This document shows, in pieces, positions 13,201 through 26,859 of a DNA stretch of 64,000 bases. The stretch's first letter is position 1, and every line of letters starts with the position of its first letter. The stretch comes from Octopus sinensis. Taxonomy: Eukaryota. The position numbers and the translations under genes are program-made. The stretch covers positions 40,548,001 to 40,612,000 of the forward strand of contig NC_043008.1 in NCBI RefSeq assembly GCF_006345805.1, read 5' to 3'. Below the pieces are notes generated by a model. That model was not told where the DNA came from. It saw nothing but the letters and a program-made list of their open reading frames with translations, and did no database searches.

Positions 13201-15136
13201 TGTTTATTTATCCATGCTATATTAAGTATATTGGATATTGAATTCTTTAAAAATTTAATCAATTAATAAATGAAAAAAAATTAATAAATAGATTTACTTT
13301 ATTCGTGACTGAAGGGTTTAAAAGTGAGTAAATTGCACTTCTAACGCAAAATAGATAGTATTGCCTAATAATTTTTTATTATATTTTTTCAATAATTTTT
13401 ATTATACGTTTCCAAGACGAAATAGTGTTCCTACCAGAAATTTTTTAAAATAAGTTTCTAACATGGTAACAGCTGAAAGACAAGTGATTGCGTGTACTCG
13501 CTCTGTCTGCTATGTGTAATAGCACAACTATTTTGCAGTAAAAATAATTGGACATCAAATAACGACTATTTTGTTTTCCATAGAATATTCCTTACTTGTT
13601 AATTAAATATGAAGTGTACCTGGTTATCTGATTTCATGTGTTTGTCTGCTTTTATTTATCCTCGTTACCATGTAATCAGATTGGACATCGATTATCTCTG
13701 TGCTGCATATAATTTAGAGAGAAAATAATCTAAAAAACGATACTTTTTCATGATGATACAACCGAGTATCATCATGCATTGATTGAAGAAAATTTATTTA
13801 TTTTATCTATTTAATGTCCAGTTATCTCTAAATCTGTAGATGATTGCGTTTCAGCATATTCTACACCTTCAGTTCAGACACTGGGATTACATGGTGTGGT
13901 ATCACTTGGCGAACAGAAGTAATTGACGAGAAGAAATAAGATTATGCATAGATTAATTTTCTCAAAAAGTATTGAAGTTAAGATGGTGGCGCTAGTTTAG
14001 AGTAAAATTAATATGAATGGTAGTTAAATACGTGTTTACTTAAGGTTAAAGCAGTGCAAATATTGTGTAAATATTCAGTTTCAATATTTATTCTACCTTT
14101 CTTCATTATCCGTGTTTCGTTAACATTTTCAGCTCATGGTAAAGGAATATCAATGCGTAAATATTACTTAATTTTCAGTCTTTCTGAAGACAATATACTG
14201 CATCAGACCCTCCCCACCTCTCCTTCTCCTCCATCTTCTCCTCATCCCTCCCTCCTACCTTCATACCTTCCTTCCTTCCTTTCTGTTTGCTTTTTTCCGA
14301 TTGTTGTGACTCAATACGAAACTGATACATGCTACCACTTAGAGAAAACAAGACATTGAATGTAACGCAATATATAATTGCTTCGAAATATGAATTGTTT
14401 GCATTTAGTGAAAATGAAAAATATCATACGAGATTTATTTCACCTGCACTTCATTAAATGAGTGAGAAACACTCTTGCGAATAAATAAAATTAATCTACA
14501 GAGTATGTATCAAGGGCCATCTAATTCGAATGCATCTAGATACGAGATATACAAACTCAGGTGATGATTCATTTATTAAAAGCTGTATTGTATAATCGTG
14601 GTGAATAGTCCATTTATTTAAATACTACCTAGTTCACACTTCAATGATACAGTACAGTCAGTGTGTGGGCTAATGGACAAATGGAAACAATAGACAAATA
14701 CTTGTAAATAAAATTTATGTGAACGTCGAATGTGTACTCAAAAATTTAATAATTATCCGGCTGAAAGGAATTGAGAAAAATAACGAAATTTTGAGCAAGA
14801 AAATTCTAAGAGAATTGCATTAAGACAGAAAATAAACGGAAGCTAAAAGCGTATTTTTCTCCATTTAACCATTTGTATAATTTCGCAACATGATTTAAAA
14901 GAGGGAAAAATACCGGTCCTTTAACAAATTGTGTTACAGCGATGCCCTCTGTAATAGATTTAATAATTTAGAAACACTTATTTTAGTGGGTATGGCATAA
15001 CAAAATTTGTAGTCCGTCTTTTGATTCTGTACTATTTAAATACTGAGTCCAAAATCTGAACTGATGTACCGTTTTTGAGTCTTTTAAATGAGTACACACA
15101 CGCACACACACACGCATAAACACATGTATGCATAAA

Positions 15137-15201
<65 letters not shown>

Positions 15202-15238
15202 GCGGTAGGACGTGCCCACGCGCGCAGACATACTTACA

Positions 15239-15278
<40 letters not shown>

Positions 15279-15330
15279 TAGACACGTATATATACGCGTA
15301 TTTAAGTATAAGCATTTATATATACATACG

Positions 15331-15361
<31 letters not shown>

Positions 15362-15385
15362 TATATATATATATATACATACATA

Positions 15386-15416
<31 letters not shown>

Positions 15417-15417
15417 C

Positions 15418-15463
<46 letters not shown>

Positions 15464-16426
15464 ATATATATATGGGGGGTGTGTCTGTGTCTGTGTCTGT
15501 GCCTGTATATTTGTATATGTAGACCGTATTAAAAATAAGGATTTCTTCGAAGTGGCAATAATGTTACCTTTAATATTATAATTATACACTGCCTTTTAAG
15601 ACCAACACATGTTTCAATTGCACCGATTAGTTATAGTTGCAGTTGCAACGCTAATATAAAACGGCGAGGTCTCTTCGGAGTCTCAACTTGATATCCCTCG
15701 GTATGGCCATTTAATGATTTCCTTTTATAAACTGAGGGTTGTATAATGTAGAGTTGTTATTAAGTCAGACGCGAACAATCTCTATTTCAAGTTCTTACGT
15801 CTATCATTTCAAATCCTTGTAAAGATTAAATGATAATTACTCATTTATATTTGGCAAATGTAAATATTTCAATGCTTGCTCCTTATAGAATTTATTACGT
15901 TGCTCTTGGATGTTAAAATCCTGTAAAATTCTTCCAAACATAGGTCACATTATTGGCTCCAGATCTGTATGATTTTACAGAAAAAATTAGCTCCCATTTC
16001 AACGTATAGTTCATTTTACTGCCATTAAAAGACAAAATTAATTAGCTAAGACACATTTGGAACTATTTAGTTTTGTTCTTAAAGTAACTGAGATGATTAG
16101 CCTATCTCCTCTTGAACATTAAGGATGTCCTACCGGTGTAAAGGAATACCTTACCCTCCGATGCAACTATACATCTATATATGAACTTTTTTTAGTTTTA
16201 CACTTATTTACACTTAACATGATTCCCGGTGAGATCAATTACAAAGATAGCCTTTTATATTTCCGCCAGATTTAGTTTCAATTTTGTCATTGATTTTAGA
16301 ATTAAATTCATTTCCACCAAATTCTCTCTTACGATTTATTCCTTTAGATAACGTTTTCTCAGTTTTAATTTCATCTGAAAATTTATTCGATTTGACTTTA
16401 TTATTTATGTTACATTGAGTTGTTAT

Positions 16427-17610
16427 CAGTGTTTCCAACTTAAAGTCAGAATCTTATGCTAAATTTCAGTAGAAAAAATACCAAAATATGCTTAAAAGAC
16501 TAAATTTGACGAAAATATGCTAAAGACTAATTATATCAAAAAGCATAATTTGTATGTACATTTTTTATTTACTTTCTTTAATTATATTCAGCACTGAGAA
16601 ATAATTTCTTGAAGTTCAATGATTCGAAAACTGCAGCGCCTAGGTCTTGACTTCTGTATACATCCATGGTCCCAATGTTGTTGATTATGTTTCTTTGAAT
16701 ATCGAAGATTTTGCAACATTTGCCATATATTTTCAGGCCATATTTTATAGACATTTGATCTAAGCATAGGAAGATGCATTTTGTTTTTCAAGTTTGATTT
16801 GATTATACCTATACTGCTGAACAGCCGTTCAAATTCTGCATTTGAGTTTGTCAATGTCAATGGATTAATGGCGAAATCTGCAACATCTTTAAAGGGATTT
16901 CCTCCAGTAGCATCTTTATATTTCAAGACTTCCAGCCAGGATGCTTCAATATTAGACGTATTTGTCAATTTAACCAAATGAATGCTATTAAACTGAATTT
17001 CAGTTGTAGCAATTTTTTTCATAATTTAAATGCATTGCTTCTAACACAAGTAAAATTGGCTCCTTGAAATATTGCAAAATATTATCTACGGAAAAACATT
17101 TGATATTCCTCAGTAAAGGCTGAGTAAAAGTTCTGGTGCTCTTTTGCGAATAGTAATTTTTTCGGTGACTTTTACAGTCTTCTTGATAATCATTTCTATC
17201 TTTCTTTCGAACCTATAGCCTAAACTTGGTTTAGAATCCAGAAATGTTTCAATAGAAGCATCCAGATCAAGAGGATTAATTCTACATGTTGGCAACACTA
17301 TCATATTAGCAAAAGATTTGATCAAATTTGAAAGTAATTTTTCTTTGTCGAAATAGTTTGACTCTAACAGTTTATTCATTTCCTGAACTTGATTGAAAAT
17401 TGGATGCAAAAATAAAAGATAAAATTCAGTCCTAGAATCGCAAAACATTTCACGTAACGTTTGTGCTGTAAAGTATTTTTCGTTTATAGTAGTAGTTTGG
17501 AAGTGAGTTTGCAAATCAAACCATTGGCTTAAGTTTCTATTTACCGCTGGTTCAATTGAATGTATTTTACATAAATGAGGCTAACAGTGTCGTTTGGAAG
17601 TTCCAAATTA
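16427..17610 (-). mobile_element. 5'-truncated hAT DNA transposon remnant (transposase C-terminal half plus one end)
   Basis: Minus frames give SIEPAVNRNLSQWFDLQTHF (hAT RW.S...AV.R.L.QW-like), YLLFLHPIF and FAINPLTLTNSNAEFERLFSSIGIIKSNLKNKMHLPML (hAT dimerisation SNA..ER.FS motif). Terminus CAGTGTTTCCAAC at 16427 with subterminal aaaatatgct..aagactaa repeats. Frameshifted; other TIR not found. Confidence 0.85.
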
Positions 17611-18740
17611 ACTCACCACTGATGTGAACTGAAATGAAATGCTAACTCAGAAGTATAAATATTTTTTTAATCCGTTAACATAAAAGTGTTAAGAAATATT
17701 TAAAGGATATGGTTAAATATGTAAGAGTGGGTGCCGCATGTGTTTGAGGGGAATGTCGAAAAAAAGAGAAGGAAGAAAGAGGAGTCAGATAGGAAAGGCG
17801 GGAAAAAGTGGACAGAGGTTAGAGCGGAGGAGGAAAGGAGCACTATCGTTAAGGGGAAAGGCATAGCGATGATGAATAGTTAACTGAGAGAGGTGAAAAT
17901 TAAGTTTAGCTGACAACTAATACTGATCGCTAAGCTGAGAATTTTCGGCGTCGGTACTGATGACCATTGGTCAACATCACAGTGAATATACCCACCCGCG
18001 CTTCCATGCACCTACACGCACTCACACATGTTACACCCATAGGATCAACATACTTACGCAAACCCACGGACACACGCAACGCACACAAATTGATAGTTCA
18101 CACACACCCGTAGTATCAACTTACATACACACACTGGCCCAGATCCGCATAACAAACACACACACATTCTCGTGCATACACGCGCACACATATATATGTA
18201 TATATATATTCATAAGGGCGCATGTAGGTGCGTATCATAAAATTGATTCTAGGTGTCTACTACATTAGTCTTTCTTTCTTCATAAATTAAGCACGAGCTA
18301 ATCTCGAAGTTTTCAACTCTATTCCTCAATCAAATTTATGGCTTCATTCGAAAGTTTGAAATAAAGATTGTTATTTTACATTTTCAATTATCCATTCTAA
18401 AGCTTCGCATTATTCATAAACATACGAATTTTTTTTCCTACTGTCAATAATTTTCGTTTAGTGGTGAGATTCCTGATAATGAAACACACTAATGTTGTCA
18501 GATTTCCTTTTGTCTAAACTAAAATATGACTTGTTTCTCGATACAACAGAAAGTTGTCAAACTCATACAACTAAATAAATATAACTGAATTAATTTCTAC
18601 TACACAGTTGTTGGATTAACACCACGATACGAAATAATCCTAGTGCCAAAAATCGGCGATTATTCCGTGCGAACTTTGAGGATCACGCTTTATATTTTGC
18701 AATCAAATGATTTTAGTTGTGTTGTCTTGAAGTTTGGACA

Positions 18741-19345
18741 TCTATATATATAAAACTCAACTTGTGTGTATGTGTGTGTATCTGTGTGTTTAATTTCCTG
18801 GCACATCTCCTCCTAGCCAAGAAATCGTAGAACCACCAAAAATGGGTCACTTAAAGTTTAGGCGAATGAAAATTGAACTGCGCTATTTCTGTTCAGAAAT
18901 TCATCTGGCAAGTGTAAAAATCGTTAATGTCTTTGTTTAGGCCTTATCCCATGCATTGAATAGTGAACTTTACTCAGTCGGATGTTTGACGTGAACTGAG
19001 TTCACCACGCGTGCAAGCATGCGTAAATTGCACGAAAAATAAAAAATCAAGGTATTAAAACGAATCGCCGTAAACATTGTAGAAATTCGGCAAAGGAATG
19101 AATTTTCGGGATGTAGCCTGGAGGGTTTTTTCGTATTAATCGTTTGGACTTTGTGAACACATGCCAATTGTTTTCATAACATTTTTAACGCTTTGAATTA
19201 AATGTGACCATTTTGCGTTGAATCTGCAGTTTGAATCACTTTAACCAAATTTTAGCAGGCCGGATTTTTGATCATCACGATACATCAACAGCGACTCCCT
19301 GAAATTCTCCCCTGAAGTCCCCGTTGAGCCGGGCAATACTGCTAG
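18741..19345 (+). mobile_element. Non-autonomous Helitron, 605 bp
   Basis: Begins TCTATATATATAAAA after A18740; ends with hairpin CCCG-ttgagc-CGGG (19320-19333), an 8-nt spacer, then CTAG followed by T19346. Insertion is between A and T with no TSD, matching Helitron hallmarks. Confidence 0.8.
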
Positions 19346-19362
19346 TGATATATAAAATGTAA

Positions 19363-19590
19363 GGCGAGCTGGCAGATACGTTAGCACGCCGGGCGAAATG
19401 CGTAGCCGTATTTCGTCTGTCGATACGTTCTGAGTTCAAATTCCGCCGAGGTCGACTTTGCCTTTCATCCTTTCGGGGTCGATAAATTAAGTACCAGTTA
19501 CGCACTGGGGTCGATGTAATCGACTTAATACCTATGTCTGTCCTTGTTTGTCTCCTCTGTCTTTAGCCCCTTGTGGGTAATAAAGAAATG
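19363..19590 (+). mobile_element. tRNA-derived SINE, family B
   Basis: ggcgagctggcagatacgttagcacgccgggcgaaatgc head, B-box-like gagttcaaattcc, central gcctttcatcctttcggggtcgataaattaagtaccag. Confidence 0.85.
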
Positions 19591-20246
19591 GATATATAAA
19601 ATATAAAGTTAAGCCGGCAGCTAAAAACATGTAGAATTATTTGATGGCTATGACGGCTGTAGGTATGGCAATATTGCTATAAATATAACAACGCTGCTAC
19701 TTCCTATTACCTCATCTCACAGAGTTTGGAATTAATGACAACATTAATAGACATACTATTATTGTGACCGTGTGATTGGTTATTTGTCTAAACTTGATGT
19801 ATGATTCCAGTCATAATATATCGTCCCCACGGATGGACTGGATACTTTCTGTATTCACATGATTGATAGGCAATAAGTATATAGACGTGTTAAAATAGTA
19901 ATATGATATATGGCATGAGGTAAAATTCCTAGAGAAAAATTATAGATGCAATAACGATTCAAAATGTGAAGATTGTAGCGAATATAAAATATGTTTGACA
20001 GAAAGGAATAAACTTAAGTAGTATAGAAAAATATGTTGGTAATGTTCTAAATGTATCACAGTAAATAGAGAAAGATTTAAAGGAAATGAAGATAAGAATA
20101 ATAAAGTAGAACTTTAAATCCAAGCATCAGTACATATATGTATGTACGTATATATGTGTGTGAGTGTGTGTGTGCGGGTGTGAATATATGTGTATATATA
20201 TATTATTTATATTAAATAATAGATATATATATACACACACATACAC

Positions 20247-20289
<43 letters not shown>

Positions 20290-20389
20290 GATATATATAT
20301 ACGTACATATTCATATATACATATGTGTGTTTATTCATGTTTACTATCATGTATATAAATATGCACATATGAAGAAGTATGTTTATATA

Positions 20390-20450
<61 letters not shown>

Positions 20451-21167
20451 TATATATAAGTGCATCTTTCAGCGTGCGTGTAGTTATATGTGTATTTCTA
20501 TATGCATACGTAATCCTGCAGAAATTACTTTACATACAATTATGACTGCATATAAATTTATTTAATATAAATACACACAAACGCATGCACACATATACAC
20601 CCAGACACCCAGACATACAGACACGCACATATATAGCTGTGTGTTTGTGGGCATGTATGGTTGTGTGACAATAAATCACTTGATAATCTTGGCTTTAAAA
20701 AAGTTCACTGACGTAACTATACAGACCAAATGAAACGAAATATTTTTAAATATTTTTCATTGCCATAAATTGAAGTGAATTACTTGATGATATTCACTAT
20801 GTACGATACTGCAGTTATGTACTGGACGCAGTTAAGAAACCAATTCATTATTACTTTATGATGTATTTTTGTCAATTTTTGGTTTAGTATGTATCAGGTT
20901 TATTACAAAGTGCGACAAATGGAAAGATACAGCGTAATCATGTATACACACGCATGTATACACACATATATCACATATATATGCGAATACGTACACAAGC
21001 ATATATATATATACATATATATATATATACACATACACACAACACAGATGCAGACGCATACAAACACACGTATATACATATATGTATATATATATATATA
21101 TATATACATATGAAACATATGTATGTATATATGTGTGTGTGTGAGTGCGCGTGCATGTGTGTATGTG

Positions 21168-21470
21168 GGCGCATGACTCAGTGGTTAAATTGTTGCAGTC
21201 ACGATCGCGTGGTCGTGGGTTCAATTATCAGACCGAGCGCTAAGTTTTTTTCTTGAACAAAGCACTGCACTTCATGTTGCTCAGCGATCCTTTCGGCATC
21301 TGACATGTGGCAGTCATTGTATCTGTACAGGTAATGTCCATTTGATGGACGTAGTGAGCTTATGTGTACAGAAAACCTTTATCACTATAAACAAATCATC
21401 TGTGTGGTTATTCGCTAAGAAGTTGTCGAACCCTCATACGTGGTCTAACGACGGGGGAGTCCATCATATA
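21168..21470 (+). mobile_element. tRNA-derived SINE, family C
   Basis: A-box-like ggcgcatgactcagtggttaa, B-box-like gtgggttcaatt, then cttgaacaaagcactgcacttcatgttgctc. Related to the minus copy at 58300-58495. Confidence 0.65.
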
Positions 21471-21523
21471 CATATATGCATAGATCCATATGTGTGCGTG
21501 TTTGTGTGTGTGTGTGTGTGTGT

Positions 21524-21565
<42 letters not shown>

Positions 21566-22539
21566 TGTGTGTCCGAGTTTAAATAGGTGAATGTCTCTCA
21601 GTCCGTTTATAATTATTTTAAAAGTCAGTCAGATTCAATGGATCCCCAGGTGGTGGACCTTCAAATTCTGCTACAATTGACCTAAAGTGCTTCGACTCGG
21701 TTGATATCACCACAACTTAACCTGTGATGTAAAGTTAAATCTGGATCTATATAAAATAGATTCTAACCGTAACGTCATGCAGCAGGTATTTTCGCTTTCA
21801 TATTTCCGTCTTTACGCACTCTGCTTTTACAGTTTCTATTAATTAGGTCTTAATTATTTTTTCTTCTATGTATGCAGGGAAATGGAAAACATGATCTCCT
21901 GTTGAAGCAGCTTGAGTGCTAACCACTTGGCGATGCAGCAGTTATTTATGTACACGCGTATATGTGTCTGGGCTTCAGAAAGAGGTCTATTAATCTATAC
22001 ATCCATAAACAAGATTGGCCAAAATTCAGACGACAGTAAATCAAACCATTTAATTGTAAGATTAAAACAAATGCTGAAAACAATCGGTGGTTTTAACTCA
22101 TTCGATTATTAAACATTCATAATTGGAATGAATAAATAAAATAAAATATTAAGTATTTATGATTTTTTGATTTACTCTCGGGTGAATTTTGGCCAACCTT
22201 CTATGCATGTAAAAATGAATTCGGTTTAGAAGCGTTTCAAATCATAGTTCACAATAAGTCCTGCAATTTACAGCCGAAGCTTTTGGCGAATATGCTGACA
22301 GAAACTTTCTCGACCCCATACGACTAACTATGGGCAAACTGCATATTTTATGGCTTATATTTTGTAATGACTCCCCCTCAATTTCCTCACGAACGTGATG
22401 GTCTATATAAGTATTTATACCTGAGTGTGCTCTGCGTGTGCACGTCCCCTTATGTGTGTTGTTATATCAATATGCTTATGCGAGATTGTCACGGTGTAAC
22501 AGCCCGAAATATGCATCTAATGAGATAGCAAACCCTACT

Positions 22540-22944
22540 TGAGGATAAACAATCATTTCTGCTTAAATTTCCAAGTAATGATAATTTTTTAGGTCTTCTA
22601 TCTTAGATTTGTACCAGCCCTTTTTATACATGTATATAGTTGAGTGCTGATACTTCCAAGTTACTTCTGGTATCACGCCCGCTCACTTCACTACACACAA
22701 CCTGCGTATTTCCCTCTAGCAGTTTGTCTTGGTTGTACTCTTTTACTTCTTTCTCTTTGATCCTGTTGTCACCGAGACATGGTAGGTCGATTATCATGCA
22801 AGAATTTTCTTTTTCGTTCCTGACAATAATATCAATTTTTCGATGTCTAAACTGATGGTCAATCTTAATCATCGCATCCCACAGGGATTTAGAAACTTCG
22901 TTTCCTGTAGCATTTTCTGAAGGTTGGTCCTACCATGTCTTTGC

Positions 22945-22945
<1 letters not shown>
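22540..22945 (-). mobile_element. 3' fragment of an R4/Dong-type (REL endonuclease) non-LTR retrotransposon
   Basis: Minus ORF MIKIDHQFRHRKIDIIVRNEKENSCMIIDLPCLGDNRIKEKEV resembles the RHRKPDIVV...IIDIACPGD.R..EKE endonuclease motif; directly abuts the (TAT)n array at 22946. Confidence 0.8.
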
Positions 22946-23006
<61 letters not shown>

Positions 23007-23008
23007 GT
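22946..23008. repeat. (TAT)n microsatellite
   Basis: Direct read. Confidence 0.95.
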
Positions 23009-23103
23009 TTTTTGTAATAAAAGAAGTCATTTGTTTCATATATACACCTTTCCTACTTCGGAATATACTACAAAAAAAGTTACATAAGCGTCATCTAAAC
23101 ATG

Positions 23104-23530
23104 TAGTGGGCGTTCGCGCGTAATATGATTATACAATAGCCCATGGAACAATGAAAGTACTCTAAAATATGAAGGTCATTCAACCCGATTATGGCTGGCA
23201 ATAGCAGCTTACTCAAAGCAGCCTCTTTCAGCTTTCCCAATATCACCAAGATGATGCAGGAAGCTCTTTCATCTTATCCATCCAGGTCAGTTTTGGTGTT
23301 GGAGTTAGTGCGGTTCGTATCGTTGTCAACAGAAGCCATCTCGTAGTAATCCATGGTATTAAAAATCGGGGAACGAAGAGTTCCGCAATTGGGGCTGGCG
23401 AAGTAGAAAGTCTCAGAAAACAAATTCCGACTCTATCCGGAGGGATGGAAAGCAGATGAATCTTGCTGTAATACATATTGCTTTCCAGCAGCAACCCTGA
23501 CCACAGACTCCACCAGTTTCATATAACTGT
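23104..23530 (-). mobile_element. Decayed Tc1/mariner-superfamily transposase C-terminal remnant
   Basis: Minus frames give VRVAAGKQYVLQQDSSAFH (QQD.AP.H catalytic-D motif) and FSETFYFASPNCGTLRSPIFNTMDYYEMASVDNDTNRT (WPP.SPDLNP.DYY.W..VE..TN motif). Possible terminus near 23104. Confidence 0.75.
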
Positions 23531-23702
23531 CCGAACTGAACCAAATTTACGAATATATCAAGTTACTCCTGTTGAAAAAAAGATAAGTAGGAAATCGTCA
23601 AATTGAGCCGGAGAACGTGTAGAGAGAGCTTGTTATAATAAACACAGATGGTGATTTTTGTTGATATATTAATTAATTATGTATGATTCCCTCTCCCTCC
23701 AT

Positions 23703-23740
<38 letters not shown>

Positions 23741-26017
23741 ATATACTACCGGTCACTGTTATTGCTTTCTTCTTTTGTTTTTGAAAAAATAATGGCCTAG
23801 ATTTTTCAAATCGTTTGGAAAGAGATATTGGGTACATTTTCTATATGCTGTTCTGTTGTTGTCTCCAAAAAAAGTGAATGTTATATAGATAGTACCTTAC
23901 ATTTTAAAGCAAATATTTTAGAAATCGAAACTATTAAACAAATGTAATCATTTTTACCTTTCCTTTTGCGAGGATGACTATCTGCGAAAATGTGTTTTCG
24001 TATGGAAAAATTATCAAAAATACTCTTTACCTAAAAAGATTTTGCTTTTGTTCATGACTGTTGTGTGACGTATATTTAGTGGATTTATTGTCTATGTAAG
24101 TTAATTTTTTATATTATTTTAACAGCTACTATAAATATACCTATTTTATTTCAGTCTCTTTAGATGTTTATTACTAGAAATATTTTGTAGTGAAATCACA
24201 CTGAACTCTTATTGTTACCATCGAAACTTCTGATATTGTGATGAGCAGTCTGAAAATACTACCATGTTATACACTATTCATTTTGTAAACTTAGATAAAG
24301 TGATTACTAACTACTCCTAAACGGTTTCATGAAATCCAGGTGTACCCCCAAATACGTGACCGCAAAATATGTTAGGTCTGAGATTTTCAAAGAATGTAAG
24401 CTAAATGTCAAATCCATCTGCTTTCTACTTCCATAACAGCAACACCGTATATTTACACTGATTAGCTAAATCTTTATATAGCATGGTCGACATAGCTTTA
24501 TTTACGTTTTTCAATTTATGTTCTTCAATTACCTACAATATAATTTTCTTCTTACCTGTTGGAATTATAATTTTACTGCTACTGATGTCGAAAAACTTTG
24601 TGATAGAGCACTTCCAGCTGTTTTCACATCAAAACAAAGACTAGTTTGTATGTTTGTCAAAATATTGTCTATTACTGACTAGTGTACATAACTTTATATT
24701 TTCACTGAAGTGAATATACTGCCCGTCCCTTTGTATATCCCCCTATATATATTTTCATTATTCTCCAATCATACAACATTACCAGATGTACTATTTTTTC
24801 AATGCAGGATTGCTGGTGTGAATGCTAATATTTTTATTACTATTTCATTGTGTGAAGATGTTAAACGTGATATCAACATATTTATGAATTTAAGGCATTT
24901 TAGCAATACGTACTTCTTGTTGTCTATACTAGAATATAACTTGTTTCACTCAAGTTATGTTCTTATAATATTCAACCCTGTGTATTTTATGAATACATTT
25001 CTCTGGTGGACAATAACGTACAGGCTTCAGTTGATATTTTAGACAACAATGTTATATTTATGTTAAATTATTAAAAGGTCTTTCATTGCTTCAGATCCAA
25101 AATTTTCATGTAAGAAATATTTGTTCCATATTATTCAAAGTTGCTGTGAACTCTAATATTCAGTATCTGCTGGCAACAAAAAAATGCCAAAATTTTTGAT
25201 GATGACAATTCTGACAAAAAATATTCTACTCAAAAGCATCTGGATAATAGATTTTGCGACCAAACCGATATATAATTAAGCGATGATTCGTTGGATTCAT
25301 ATAGTTTTACGAAATTGTTTCCGAAAGATTTCTTCTTTACCATTAATTGGAATCACCTCTCCTTCTGTATTGGAATGTACAATATTAAAAATGCCTCCTA
25401 GCATTATTTTTGGAGATCAATTTTGGAAAGTAATTTCCCACTAATCTATTCTTTAAAGCAAATCACATCTTTAATTAGTCCAATACTTGAAGCTGCGTTC
25501 GTTTAATTGCTTATATCTTAATTAATTATTATGCATATATATAATTTTATATATTGTCTTTGTTTCCATTTTATGAAGACATACCTACCTTAATCAATGC
25601 TGGAGTACTTACATTGATTTGTAATTTATTTTATTTTTAAGTTGATTTTTAAATTCCAGTCTCTATTTTGATGCCTATGTTGTATTTTTATTCGTTGTTA
25701 ACTTCATCCTTGTATTTTATATATGTGAGAGACTAATAACAGAAATAAAGACATCTAACCTCCTGGAATTAAGTCAAAATTTATCTCTGTACATTATCAA
25801 TAGCGGCCCTAAATATGCTAAGTATAATTATAAGCTTATATCTAATGTTTTAATGGAATTCTTGGAGTTAATGTTCTAGTATAGTTATTGCAGTGAGTGT
25901 TTTAGAAGAGTTAGTCTTTTAGGAGAGTTGTTGCAATTATGTACAGTGATGTGTAGCGTTAAATCATAGACTTCCCATTTTCAAATCACTAACCTATACG
26001 AGGCATGCTATAAGCGG

Positions 26018-26102
26018 TAGTAGTAGTAGCAGCAGCAGCTGTAGTAGTAGTAGTAGTAGTAGAAGAAGTAGTAGTAGTAGTAGTAATAGTAGTAGTAGTA
26101 GT
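26018..26102. repeat. (TAG)n-rich microsatellite
   Basis: Direct read. Confidence 0.9.
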
Positions 26103-26859
26103 AAAGTGTTCGAGAACTCATCACTCACCTTATTATTGCTTTTCCATAACCTCCTCAAGTCCCATATTATGATCATTTACATCCCTAATAATTATTCCAC
26201 GCGTAAATTACAACGTAATAATATATTTTTATGATTAATAAGGGTATCACCATTAATATAGTTATTATTGGTGGTTTGTAATGGACACTAATAATTTACT
26301 TTAATTACTCCGAACGAAAGCGTTAATCGACATGTTAAACGCAACCAAATGTGAGAAATTGCCCTTTACATTTTATCCCTCCTCCCACTGAATAGAGAAA
26401 GCTTCTCGGGATGCTGTTGGATGTCAAACATAATAATTAATACGCAATAATTTCTCGATTTTTGTTGCTTTGGTTGATATAATCTGTCATTAATATGCCC
26501 TTCGCAAATTCCTTGGTGGCTAATAATGTACATTTTGTTATATTGGTGAGATTTATAGCGTTATTACGGACTACGTTAGACAGGTCTGTCGCGGGCACAT
26601 GCTATAAAAAATTCAAAGCAGCAACATCAAAATTCATAATACCAGGGAAAAAAGTCTTAGATATGATATTTTCTATTAATTAGTCAAATAATTCAGAATG
26701 CATAATTTTTATATTATTTTTTTTTATCAACATTTTGTTTCATGCAATATATTTGTTGCTAGGATCTCATCCTAGCTGCATATCATTTACAGCAGTTCTA
26801 TTTAGACATTTAGGGTTATATTGTAAATGTATTTTTGATATTTATTCTTTTGTAAGGAA

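Noticed and set aside
16235-16426. N/K-rich minus ORF next to the hAT end
   Set aside because: Short and low complexity, with no continuation on the other side of the hAT and no splice support.
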